DNA of 64,000 nt from Yuukianura sp. NJ FZ-2021 (taxonomy: Eukaryota): positions 6,324,001 through 6,388,000 of the forward strand of contig CM102287.1 of NCBI GenBank assembly GCA_046563655.1. Direction: 5' to 3'. Positions 26,864 through 42,060 of the stretch are shown here, one piece after another; the first letter of the stretch is position 1, and every line of letters begins with the position of its first letter. The position numbers were made by a program, and so were the translations under genes. Below the pieces are notes generated by a model, which was given only the letters and a program-made list of their open reading frames with translations, did no database searches and was not told the DNA's origin.

Positions 26864-29800
26864 TTAAGTTTTTACAGCTCGTCGAATGTGTTCCGAATCG
26901 GGTATGAGTCCTGTCCAAAGCTCTGCGGCCCAAAGCGCTTGTTCAATTACAATATCTCGTCCAGTTACAACAGCTATTGCGGGACTCAGTTCTTCGTCTT
27001 CGGAGGCCATGTTCCCATACGCCAGTTTCACAAGTACTGCGCCATATTGGATTCGGAAGATTTTGTTCACAAATGCATTAGTACACATTCCGGAGTATCC
27101 TGGAGTGGTATCCACGATGACAGCAACTGGACAGTCTGCATTTGGTAGTGACTCTTCCTGCTTGTAAATTTTTAGGACCGTGCCAGTGTCTTCTTCCACG
27201 ATACTTGATTTCAAAAGTTCCTGCAACCGGGACTCCGTTCTGTTGTAAAGGTAGATTTGTTTGAAGCCAAATGTGTTGAGGGCGAAAAGTGCTGCTCTGG
27301 CAGTTCCTCCTGCTCCAATCAACATGGCACTTGAACTCGCGCATTCCTTTATATACAAAACTCGCTCCAAGCATTTCTGAATTCCTAGCCAATCGGTGTT
27401 ATCTCCGTGCAGTTTTCCATTCGGCTGGACAACAATGGTGTTTACTGCTCCAATGGCTTGAACTACTTGGGACACCGAATCCAGGAGAGGAATGATTGTC
27501 TGCTTGTGGGGTATTGTCACTGACCCACCGCCAAAATCAGGATCCCTGATGACCTTCCGGATTTCGTCCAAGTCATCTGTGTCTTTAATGGAATATTTGA
27601 AGGGAAGTCGGAAGTAGTCGAAATTCGTGTTGTGAATCAAGGGAGAGAGGCTGAAAAAAATAATTCGCTTAAATGTTTTGTTCGACACTTCATATTTAAA
27701 TCGTTAGAGATCGGTACCCATCGTAAACATTAACTTACGTGTAAGAAATGTTGTGGCCAAAAATGAAAAATTTCTTTGGAGTTATAATGTTCTGTTCGGT
27801 GAGTGCAGACAAGATTTCCTGACAAGTGAGTTGCGCTAGGTTCGAATTCTTGTCCATTTTGCGCAGTTCTTCATGTGTCACGGGCGTGAAAAAACGATTT
27901 TTGACTCGAGTAATCCTTCCTTCGACTCCAAAATTGAATGCGATTAATGGCAACTTTTCGGCACTTCTGGAATAGTATTCATCTGTGAACTTCTGGACGC
28001 TTAGGTTATGTTCTTCCGAAATTCCAGCTGACACCAACTGGAAAAACATGTTGAAATAAAAATTTACACTATGCTGTCTGGATTGGTGGAATTTAGGAGT
28101 ATAAAAATTAATATTGAACAATTACCTTAATTATATCTCCAATCGCTGCTGCTTTTTCTACCTTCGCTTGAATTTCACTTCCGCTCCATTCTATAGGCTG
28201 TAGGATGCTGTGATAGGACGCTATAATTCGAGACTTTTTGGAAGCTGCTTGTTTGACCTTGCTCAGTATGCTTGAGTTTAAGGAAATTTCAAGGTCAATG
28301 AATTCACAACCAAGTTTGACAGCATATTCCAAAATTTCAACCAACTTTGATTCTGTGACCTTCGACGGTAGCTGCCCGCCTTCTGCTGCTGACCTCACTG
28401 TAAATATGATTGGATGCTCCCCGATGACTTTCCGAATCCGGGTGACTTGCCTTGCCAAGTATTTTTTGAAACTTCTAAATCCAAAATCCGGTTCGGAATT
28501 CCACGCAACATCAACTCGTAACTCAACTGCTGCAGTACCGCTGATCCATTTTGGGAAGAACGTGAAGAATTGGAGTGACATCTTCCAGAAGCAGTGTTAG
28601 AAAGAACGAGCGGAACTCTAAACTGGGCATAACGTTCTGGAACAGCTTACCGTTGGCGTAGTTGACAATATGGAAGATAGAATTTACTGCCAAGGTTTGC
28701 GCTAGACCTGTACCATCTGCCTCGAATAAGTATGTGTAGTTTGACAACTTCTCCAGATCATGTAAAGACTCATTCATGGTTAGATCACTGATGATATGAA
28801 TCACAATTCCTTTAGCTTCTATCCATTCCGTAAGAAATGGCTTTCCGGAAGTTGCCATCCAGTGTTTCGACAGCGTAATGACTTTTCGCTTTTTCATGTC
28901 TTCTGATACCTCTGATATTTCTTCCAAGAAAGTCCAGTTCATAGCGTCTGCCAATTGGTTTGCTAGAGCGTTAACGTAAGGACCAATCAAAATGATCGAC
29001 GCTTCGTTGAGTTTTGCGGTAGGTGACTCACTGTGGCTTCTGTCCACGACTAGCGAATTTTGGGAGTTTGAATCAATTTCGATTTTTAGTTGCTTGAAAA
29101 TTTCGGATTTTGGAACGGGTGTTGCTTTGTTTCCAAATGGAAGCCCGAGTTGTGCCAGAAGTGTGGCCCTGATTTGATCGCTGGAGTTCTTCTTATCCAA
29201 TTGCATGATCCTAATCACATCTTCCGGAGTACAAGGTTGAAAAGATCCGAAGGCACCGACAATTCCCTCGGCTTCTAAAATGGACGTAGGCAAATTCGCT
29301 TTCCTTAAAACATTTTTCAGTCTGTCCACAATTTCTGGACATGCGCCAATCAAAGACGTTGCAATTTCCTGTTCTATCACCATTCCAACTGAAACTGCCT
29401 CACCGTGGAGTAGGTATGGATAATAGTGTTTTTCCAAAGCATGGCCCACGGTGTGACCAAAGTTCAGAAATTGACGCTGTGCCAAGTCTTCTCTGTCGTT
29501 GGTCGTAACGATAGCCTTGAATTTGATGGATTCAAACAAAAGTTGTAAAAGATTCAAATAAGTTGCAGAATCTTCAAAGTTGCGGTTCAGGAAAAGATGG
29601 CTGACTTTCTCAATGTTGGATTCCAGAAACTCGAAATCTTCTAAACTAGAAATTGCGCAAGTTTTGATAACTTCTGCCATTCCATTGAACAGTTCTCGTG
29701 GTGGTAGAGTTGTTAAATATGCGAGGTCAATGTAAATCCTGACTGGTTCATAAGTGGTTCCAATAAGATTCTTTCCAGCCGGAGTATCAATTCCATTTTT

Positions 29801-30691
29801 ACCACCAATTGAACTATCTGCCATGGCAAGTAACGTTGTAGGAAGTTGGATCAGCGGTACTCCTCGGAGGTACGTGGATGCAATGAATCCAACGAGGTCA
29901 CCTACTACACCGCCGCCCATTGCGATGAGACAAGTATCGCGGTTGAATGACTGTCCAATCAGAAAATCTTCGATTTTTGCAACCATTTCCCGACTTTTGC
30001 TGCTTTCTCCAGAAGGAATCACGTATTGAAGGATTTGTTTCTCGAATTGTTGGTCCCCTGTGATTGAATTAATAATTTTTACATAAATTGTAATAAAAAT
30101 CGTTCATTTGCGTACATTTGTAGTGATAGAAGCTGATGCAGAAGAAATGTTTATATTTAACAGTAAGCACATTTTAATTTCAGGAGTTCAACCTAAACGA
30201 GTGATTGAAGAAACTAAAATTACACGAAACATTCAGTGCAGCGAAAAAGTTTCAGATAATTTGTATGGCGTTAAATCTGCACTTGAATTTAAACGAATTG
30301 GGATTTGACTTTCACCGAGGTGAGGAGGTGACCCTAAACTTCAATCACCTTATTTTTAACTTTTTTCAATGCAATATGTCGTACTGCAATAATAGTTTCA
30401 CTAATTTTGAATTTTAAAATTGTTAGTTCGCCATCCGTTCTTTTTTTGTTAGGGAACATCGTCGGAAAATGTGTATTTACCTCTTTGTTGCAGGTTTTTA
30501 AAAGTTGCGAGGAAGCTCGGAAGATGCAATTTTGCCACATGCTCATCAGTGATAATTACAATGACTCGTACTTTTGGAACAGCATTCTTCAGTATGTCTT
30601 CTACTATAAATTCAGAGAAATCTCGTCCAATGTAAATGCTTTCCTTGCCGAAGATCTCGACTTGGAGCGGTTTCGTCCCACAAATATCCAT
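26864..30691 (-). CDS. ARO1: AROM-derived multifunctional enzyme, copy 1: DHQ synthase + degenerate shikimate kinase + type I DHQ dehydratase + shikimate dehydrogenase, no EPSP synthase (about 1075 aa; one +1 frameshift near 28546)
   Basis: Exons 30691-30481, 30057-28126, 28037-27739 and 27650-26864. [60 protein letters not shown]. DHQase I: AVELRVD, FTVRSAAEGG, IIASYH, GDIIKLV. SDH: LSPLIHN, SVTIPHK, GAVNT, GDNTD, GAGGTARA, NRT. Confidence 0.92.
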
Positions 30692-31133
30692 TGCCAATCG
30701 TTCGGATTCGGAAACCTACAAGGTACGTGCCTGTGAAACCACAATTAATTCCCGCAACAAGAGACTCCGCTTCTGTAAACAAATCAAAACAAAAGTTAAA
30801 CCACAATAATTATTAATGTGTCAGTTGTCAACAAAATTTCACAAATTTTTCAGTATACACACCGTCCCGACTTTAAGTTAATAAGATTTTTAACAGTAAA
30901 CAAATTAGTTACCAAATTGCGCTGCTGCGTCAAGAGACGAAGGAACTAAATTGAAAATCAAAAACCAGTTGGAAGTTATATTAGTCAATATGTTGAAGAA
31001 CGCATGAAATGAACCTCTCAGGTTGATGATAAAGATATTTAGTTTTACCCCAAAATATGAACCACAGAAAATAACAGAAAACTTAAAAATTTTAAGTGAA
31101 AATCACCCACCTTTTAATGCGAAGCTTACAATT

Positions 31134-31233
31134 NNNNNNNNNNNNNNNNNNNNNNNNNNNNNNNNNNNNNNNNNNNNNNNNNNNNNNNNNNNNNNNNNNN
31201 NNNNNNNNNNNNNNNNNNNNNNNNNNNNNNNNN
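31134..31233. other. Assembly gap (100 N)
   Basis: Run of exactly 100 N, the usual placeholder for a gap of unknown size. Confidence 0.99.
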
Positions 31234-31407
31234 GTAATGTATTACATCTCAATTACAATTGATTTTTAACTTCACTAGGAAGAATCTGAGTCTGGTGAGG
31301 TATAAAAGCACTGATTTCCAGCAGTCATCTTCATCAGTTACTCAAGCATTCTTTCAGCTTTAGTACTAAATTTCATCAAATCCAAAAAAAAACTCCAAAA
31401 CTCCAAA

Positions 31408-31885
31408 ATGAACACTGTAAGCGAACTGAAAAGAAAAACATTCCGTTTTTGAAACTTTTCAAAATTTTGACAATTTTTTTGAACTGTTCCAGGGACTCAT
31501 TGTCTTGGCTCTTGCTGCTTTCGTTGCCTCAGGAAATGCTGGCAACTTGGGATTGGTCCGAACTGTAGGAGTTGCCCCAGTTGCACCGGTTGTCGCCGCT
31601 GCTCCAGTAGCCTACAGCCATGTAAGGAGCCTCCGGTTTCCAAATTTTCAAAAACTAATCTTCAAAACTGAATTTCGAAAAAATTGTGTTTCGATTTAGG
31701 TGTACAGCCACGCTCCAGCTCCAGCTGCCGTCATTAAGACCCACACCTATGCCGCACCAGCAGTCTACGCTGCTCCAGCCGTCGTAGCAGCTCCAGCCAT
31801 CGTCCGAGCTGCTCCAGCCGTTTTGGCCCCAGCTCCAATCGTAAAAGCAGCTCCAGCACTCGCTGCCCATCCAGTTCTGATCTAA
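31408..31885 (+). CDS. AAP(A/V)-repeat cuticular protein, copy 2 (107 aa)
   Basis: Same three-exon structure as 25983-26499, lacking one 39-nt (13-aa) repeat unit. Confidence 0.85.
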
Positions 31886-32203
31886 AAATGTCAATCGTGT
31901 CCTACAATCGCCTACACACCAAAATGATGTAAACGTTAATTGGAAACGTCAATCAATTGGCAATAATTGGCAAATTTCGACGCAAATTGTATCAAAATAT
32001 CTGTGATTTCTCCTACCAATGTTTGTATTTAATTTCAACATTGAATTTTAATATAAAGAAATTCCTATGTAATCCTAATCACAGTCTTTCCCTGCTGAAT
32101 ATTATCACTGATCTTGATTGCTTTGCGACGGTTCCTCTACTCGGTGATTCCAGAAGGTGTCGTATAAGAATTGTTTTAGCTTAATTCAGTGAATGAGATT
32201 GGT

Positions 32204-32890
32204 TTCATTGATACTACAGTTCTTCCAGCATCGCAGCATGACGTTGAAAATATTTGTATCGTCGTATTGCGGCTTTTCCAACTGTTGGTCTTCTAATAAC
32301 AGCATTTATAGTAGAGAGGTATTTATGTACTGTGACACAGGACTGCTCGAAACTAAAACTTAAGCTTCTAGCTTGACTTTTTCCCATCCTCATGCAATTC
32401 CTAGTTTTTGAAAGACTGGAGAATGGAATAATCGTAATTCCAAGACCTTTCTAAAGATTTGGACTACAGTAGAGATAAGCTTCTGTAGTAGTACTTGCAT
32501 TTGAGCGTTCGTTGCGACTTTTGTAATTCTAGTTTTTCTACATCTAATAGGCGTGGGATTGCAAGTTTATGGAACTTGCATTAACCTTCCATAAGCTTGA
32601 CCTTCCATAAGCTGACCTTCCATAAACTTGCAATCCTTGGATGTCTAATCCTTTAATTTTCGGATAGTACAAGGGTGCTGGTGCTACCAATGTGGATGCA
32701 GCATCTCAATTCCAAAATCCGTAAAGTGTTTTTTAAAACCCTTTAAACACAGAACTAATTCTGGAAATAACGGCCATACAAAACAAATCTTGGCAAACAA
32801 CAAGAAAAAATGCTGACAATCCTATAAGATTGAACCTCTACCTATAGGTGGAACAAAAGACGAGGCTTCATTGCTGGTTACATTAATTAC
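32204..32890. mobile_element. About 0.68-kb segment present only in copy 2, possible non-autonomous element
   Basis: No counterpart near 26810-26840 in copy 1. ttcattg occurs near both ends. Internal perfect 19-bp inverted repeat (32556-32574 / 32618-32636) with three accttccataa units. No ORF. Confidence 0.4.
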
Positions 32891-32914
32891 GCAGGTATTG
32901 GTATTAGTTTCACC

Positions 32915-36734
<3,820 letters not shown>

Positions 36735-37798
36735 TGCCAATCGTTCGGATTCGGAAACCTACAAGGTACGTGCCTGTGAAACCACAATTAATTCCCGCAA
36801 CAAGAGACTCGCTTCTGTAAACAAATAAAAACAAAAGTTAAACCACAATAATTATTAATGGGTCAGTTGTCAACATTTCACAAATTTTTCAGTATACACA
36901 CCGACCCGACTTTAAGTTGATAAGATTTTTAACAGTAAACAAATTAGTTACCAAATTGCGCTGCTGCGTCAAGAGACGAAGGAACTAAATTGAAAATCAA
37001 AAACCAGTTGGAGTTATATTAGTCAATATGTTAAGAACGCATGAATGAACCTCTCAGGTTGATGATAAAGATATTTAGTTTTACCCCAAAATATGAACCA
37101 CAGAAAATAACAGAAAACTTAAAAATTTTAAGTGAAAATCACCCACCTTTTAATGCGAAGCTTACAATTTAAATTAAAGAAAAATCGGTTTAATCAAATC
37201 AAGTCAGCTGAAATAGACTGCCTCTCTTCTGTACTGACGTAACGATAGTATAATTCTAACTGCAGACTTCGATTTGTTATCATCTCATTCAGCGTCCTTA
37301 TAATTCTGGATTATGCTTTAAATGCTAAGAAGCTTTTACGAGTTTATGTTGTGAGACAAGGGGATTTTGGAAGCGTTTCTTATTTGGAATGCTTTTTAAA
37401 AGCTTGGACACAAATTGTCTAAAAACCAGTCACTTTGAACAAAAGACATTAACGTTATCCGACGCAGCGAGTTCAATCTTATTTTAGGACAAAATTCTGA
37501 AACAAGAATAGAACAAAATTTTGAACAGAACAGAAATGCTTCTTTAAACTAAGGAATTGTAATACAGGGCAATGTCCAGCATCAATGGCATAAGTCTTAA
37601 GTCCAAATCCGATATGCGCCAAATTTGACCCTTCCTGGAAAAACATTCTGGTCATCATTGGCGTCACTTTCTTCGGGAAGCCACTTCTCAGAATTTGCGA
37701 TTCCGTTTTTAGATTTTTTCAAAGGATTTTCCTAGTAAATCAAAGTCCACGGGGAAAAAATATGATGAAGGCAGCTTTATTGCTAAAAAAGCGGCTTC

Positions 37799-38040
37799 TG
37801 TACAAAGGTCCAAGGCTGATGTGTACAGAAGCGAGGCCAAGGGAGCGCCAAAATGACGCAATCTGTACAGAAACCAGGAAACTCTGCACAAAATTTCATC
37901 TGCTCTCATCCCCTCTTCACGTGAATTGATTCATTAAAAAAATCTCAAAGAACTCGTTTCTGTACATGGTTGCATTATTTTGATCACCAACTCAAAGTCT
38001 GTACAGATGACCTCTTATGGACTTTGGTCTTGTACAGAAA
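37799..38040. promoter_or_regulatory. Cluster of six TGTACA palindromes in the divergent AROM-like/DAHP synthase intergenic region
   Basis: TGTACA at 37799, 37822, 37864, 37961, 38000 and 38031, mostly within (C)TGTACAGA(A). Regulatory function is an inference. Confidence 0.4.
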
Positions 38041-38789
38041 TGATGCAACTTCTGGACATTACCAAACTGCGCAGTTGATTTTAAGAGGAAGCAGGGCCGT
38101 CAATTCTTTTTAATTGTTAGGTTAAAATTACGAATTTGAAATTCAAATTGAAGTCAAAACAATAAAAAAACAACAAAAAAAAAGCCAAATCCAGTCATAA
38201 ATAAATGCATCTTTCAAATGACACATACGATCATTATTCCTTGATTCCAAAAGAATTAATAATTTCTTTTGAACTTCAAATTTTTATATTTGAAATTGAA
38301 ATTTTGATGGAAGTGACGTGAGAAGTACATTGCCATTCTTCTAATATATTAATGAGAAAAAAGTCTCGATTTCATTTGATATGTTTGCAATTTCCCCAAG
38401 AATTCTCGATTGTTGTTTTTTAGCAATACATATTAAATTAATTATTGAAATAATATAAAACAGTACTGTTATTTTGGAGCAATAGCGATGAAGCATTTGT
38501 GTTTTTAAGTTGTGTTATGTTTGCTTGTGATGTGATTTGCTCCATTCACTTGTGTTAGCGAGAAGATTTGTTGACGCCAAGTTCTGTTTTTCCTTGCAGT
38601 GGCCAATTTTGGGATAAATAGCCGCAAGGAACTCAAGTTTACCAACAGTCGTATTTTCACTCACAAAAGAAAACACTAAAAAAGGAAAAGGAAGCCAATT
38701 TTCAAAAACCAAACCTAAAATACTATTTTCATTTGAGAACTTTTGCTCAAGTAATTTTTCAAAAGCAATTTGAATCAGAATTTGGAAAG

Positions 38790-40635
38790 ATGGCAAGTCT
38801 TCCAAAACAAACTTGGAGAAACTTTCCAATTGCTCAGCAGCCAATGTGGCCCTGCCGAATCGAACTTCAGAATGCATCAGAATCTAGTAAGCTCAAAAAA
38901 TTTTGATTTCCAAACACTGCCTTTTTTTAAACAAACTTAACTTACAATTTTTATTTGTTTTCAGTCCGAAATCTTCCACCGCTCGTGAGTCCAATGGAAG
39001 TGCTGAGACTCCGGAAGCAACTGGCAAGCATTGCAAAAGATGGGACAGGATTCGTATTACAGGGAGGAGACTGCGCTGAACGTAAGTGTACTCTAAATAC
39101 AAATTTTGAAACTCAGCATTATTTCATGTGTTGAGGCTTTGACTAATGTCGTGAAACTAAATTTTAACTGCATTGTTCATAAAAGCCATCGATCCATTTC
39201 AGGTTTTTCTGACTGTCGTCCAGAAATGATTGAAACCAAAATCCGAGTCCTTTTGCAAATGGCTGGCGTTCTCAAGCATGCCACAGGAGAGCAATGCGTC
39301 GTAATTGCAAGAATTGCAGGGCAGTATGGCAAACCAAGGTCATCAGACCCAAAAACCGAAGGTAAAATTCCTAATTCAATTACTAACGATAAGTTACGCA
39401 CAAAAGTCACACTAAAATTGAACATGTTTATAAAACAATTATTGAAGTTTGTTTAAGTCCAGTTTAAAAAATTGTCTGTTCATGTTCTGCTAGATCCAAA
39501 AAAAATCTTTCGCGGAGACAACATTCACGGTTTTGACGTGAGCGATCGCCGCCAAAATCCACAGCGGCTCATCCAAGGCTACTTCCATTCCAGTGCAACG
39601 CTGAACTACATTCGAACGCTCCTCAAAGATGGGTTCGAAGACATTCCAGACTTTCCGCCATCTTGGGACATGCAATTCCTCAAGGACAATCACAAAGTTG
39701 CTTCCACAGACATCCAAACAGACATGCTCAGACAAGTCACGGACAACGCCCACAACTTTCGCTTGATCAAACAAAGCGAAGATGAAAAAGCTATGATCCA
39801 TATTTCACATGAAGCACTTTTGCTTGACTATGAAGATGCAATGACACGAGAAGTCGATGGCAAATTCTACAATTTGAGCGCTCCGTTCATTTGGATCGGA
39901 GATAGAACTCGACAGTTAGATCATGCGCACATTGAATACATCAGCCACATTGAGAATCCAGTTGGCATCAAAGTAGGCTTTATTATTAGTACACAACTTT
40001 CTTAAAATAAATTTCGAATTGAGTTTCAAATTTCAAAATTTTTCAAAGGTTGGACCAACCATGGAAGCCGAAGAGCTTCTCATGCTTCTGAAACTCATTT
40101 GGCCAAATCCAGAAAGAACTCCTGGAAAAGTGACGCTTATCACACGCTACGGTGCTTCCAAGGTACGAAATTTCAAAAATGAAATTTTTGGAAAATCGAC
40201 GCTTCAATTACTAATTTGACTGCAAATTTGTAGGTTGAAAAGCTTCTTCCCCGTCACATTGAAGCTGTTCAGTCAGCAGGGTACAAAGTCGTATGGTCAT
40301 GTGACCCATGTCACGGAAACACCCGTGTTTCGGCTGAAAGTGGCTTAAAAACCCGAGACTTTATGGACATCTACACCGAGATCCGGAAGTGTCTTGAAAT
40401 TCACAATGCCTATGGTAGTCGCCTGGGTGGGATCCACATTGAATGTACTGGCGAAGACGTCACGGAGTGTATTGGCGGTTGCGAAAATTTAACAGAATCG
40501 GATCTGCCACTTCGTTTTGAGTCCTACTGTGACCCGAGGCTGAACTATGTCCAGTCTATGGAACTTTCGTTGCTACTGGCATCCATTCTGTCTCAAGACA
40601 AAGTCCCGAAAATCCACGCCTTTTTGCAGGAATAG
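38790..40635 (+). CDS. Class II 3-deoxy-D-arabino-heptulosonate 7-phosphate (DAHP) synthase, 6 exons, 455 aa
   Basis: Exons 38790-38886, 38965-39081, 39203-39361, 39494-39972, 40049-40162 and 40234-40635 give an uninterrupted frame with WR..PIAQQP, LPPLV, QGGDCAE, RIAGQYGKPRS, FRGDN, SHEALLLDYE, WIGDRTRQLDHAH, NPVGIKVGP, LITRYGA, CDPCHGNT, GGIHIECTG and CDPRLN. Confidence 0.96.
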
Positions 40636-40845
40636 ACAATGTTAGGCGTAGTTAGTAACAATGGAGTTTGGCGCAGAATTGAAATTCTATTTTATTTTTC
40701 ATATTTCGTAATATAGTTTTTACCATAAAATGTAATATATTTAGAAATTCGGATAAGTTTTTAATTTAAGTCAACACGGTTGACTTGTACATATTAAAAT
40801 AAAAATGGTTCAAAAACATTTCGCAAACTTCAATTTCCTGGATGT

Positions 40846-41502
40846 TCATCGTTTTCCAAGTTTTAAAATCGAAATAGCTTGTCCAATTTTAAGTCCTTTT
40901 CCTAAAGCTCCTGTTAAACCTGGCCCAGGCTTACCCTTTCTATCTGCCCCACCAATTCCAGCAAGTCCAGCCATACCATTTTTCTTTGAATTTTTTTGGT
41001 TTTCACTTTCACTGGAGCCTGATTCTTCAGAGTGAGATTTCCTGTGTTTCTTTTTGGTTTTAGATTTTCTGGAAGAATGTGATCCCGATTTTCCGCCTTT
41101 GCGTTTAGCTTCTTCTGACGTTTCTCCTGATTCCTCTTCCCGATTTTTGGCGTTCGCTTCTTTTGATTTGGGTTTACCATTTTTGCCTTGAGGTTCCCCT
41201 GACTCTGGATCTTCTTCCGAAGAAACTTGCGGGGCTTTGCCCCACTCATCGGGTGGATCCGTTAATGCATCTGGAGACTTTGCCCGAGACCCTCTACTGC
41301 CGTCGCCACCAGAAATTGTCTCCGAAGATCCACTTTTGTCACTATTTGGTTTATCGGTATTACTGTGAATTCCGTGGGCGTGGTCAAAAATACTTCGGGT
41401 TTCTGAGCGCTGAGTAGGTTCGGCAAGTTGCGGTCGTCCTACCATTTTCTGACCATGAACAGCCAAAAGGATGAACAAAACCAAGTCAAATCTGAATTCC
41501 AT
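40846..41502 (-). CDS. Secreted low-complexity protein with C-terminal cationic Gly/Leu/Lys-rich segment ending GKR
   Basis: Single 218-aa ORF; signal peptide MEFRFDLVLFILLAVHG; S/E/K-rich disordered middle; hydrophobic-cationic tail. Confidence 0.75.
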   Translation of the reverse strand: MEFRFDLVLFILLAVHGQKMVGRPQLAEPTQRSETRSIFDHAHGIHSNTDKPNSDKSGSSETISGGDGSRGSRAKSPDALTDPPDEWGKAPQVSSEEDPESGEPQGKNGKPKSKEANAKNREEESGETSEEAKRKGGKSGSHSSRKSKTKKKHRKSHSEESGSSESENQKNSKKNGMAGLAGIGGADRKGKPGPGLTGALGKGLKIGQAISILKLGKR

Positions 41503-42060
41503 TTTGAGTTATACTAAAGAACTGAGTATTGCAATACAAGAATGGTCGATGAATTGAAAAGAGAAATAAAGTTCATTGTTTGACGAATTAGTCGTTAACA
41601 TCAAGGGCAACATGGTACGCATACGCCAATGGATAAGGTCATGATTCTGTTTTTCTCTACAATACCCAAGGTCATCCTTCAATAATAAGATATCCATTGA
41701 AGAAAAGCAGAACGTAAAATTAATCGCGTGCAAAGAACACATTTTCAGAAATCATTACCTAATTTGTCCAGGTTCCCACGCCGTTGCCATGGAAACGCCG
41801 AAACCCGAGAATCAATTTGTTTCGAAATCGACTAAACAATACACTCGTCTCTTCTTCATGCCCACTGGATCTTTTTTTTTTCAAACCGCAACTCCGCATT
41901 TTTTTGATCGCTCCATTTCGTCTTACATCCACGGACGCTCTTCACGAATTTTCTGAACCAATTTCATAAGTAAACAATTTCAAGGTAAGCAATACATATT
42001 GAATTGCGTCATCAAACAGACAATGCCTAACTTGTTCAAATTCTGTCAAAGACAATTACA

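Larger units (their letters stand above)
25813..31133. repeat. Direct duplication, copy 1 (cuticle gene plus AROM-like gene)
   Basis: Collinear and near-identical to 31234-37169; ends exactly at the N gap. Confidence 0.95.

Noticed and set aside
26864..28600. Quinate catabolic repressor (QutR/Qa-1S-like), which also has SK-DHQase-SDH-like domains
   Set aside because: Those repressors lack a DHQS domain and catalytic activity; here DHQS is present and catalytic residues are retained.
29100..30691. Sugar-phosphate cyclase (EEVS/DDGS) for gadusol or mycosporine synthesis
   Set aside because: The domain has the DHQS-type LNFGHTVGHA and GKNLIG motifs, is fused to DHQase and SDH, and is paired with DAHP synthase; no MT-Ox or O-methyltransferase partner is visible.
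31023..31262. ORF spanning the N run
   Set aside because: Artefact of translating through the assembly gap.
41500..42060. Parkin gene head-to-head with PACRG as in vertebrates
   Set aside because: The divergent neighbour is a secreted low-complexity protein; no ubiquitin-like or RING motifs seen.
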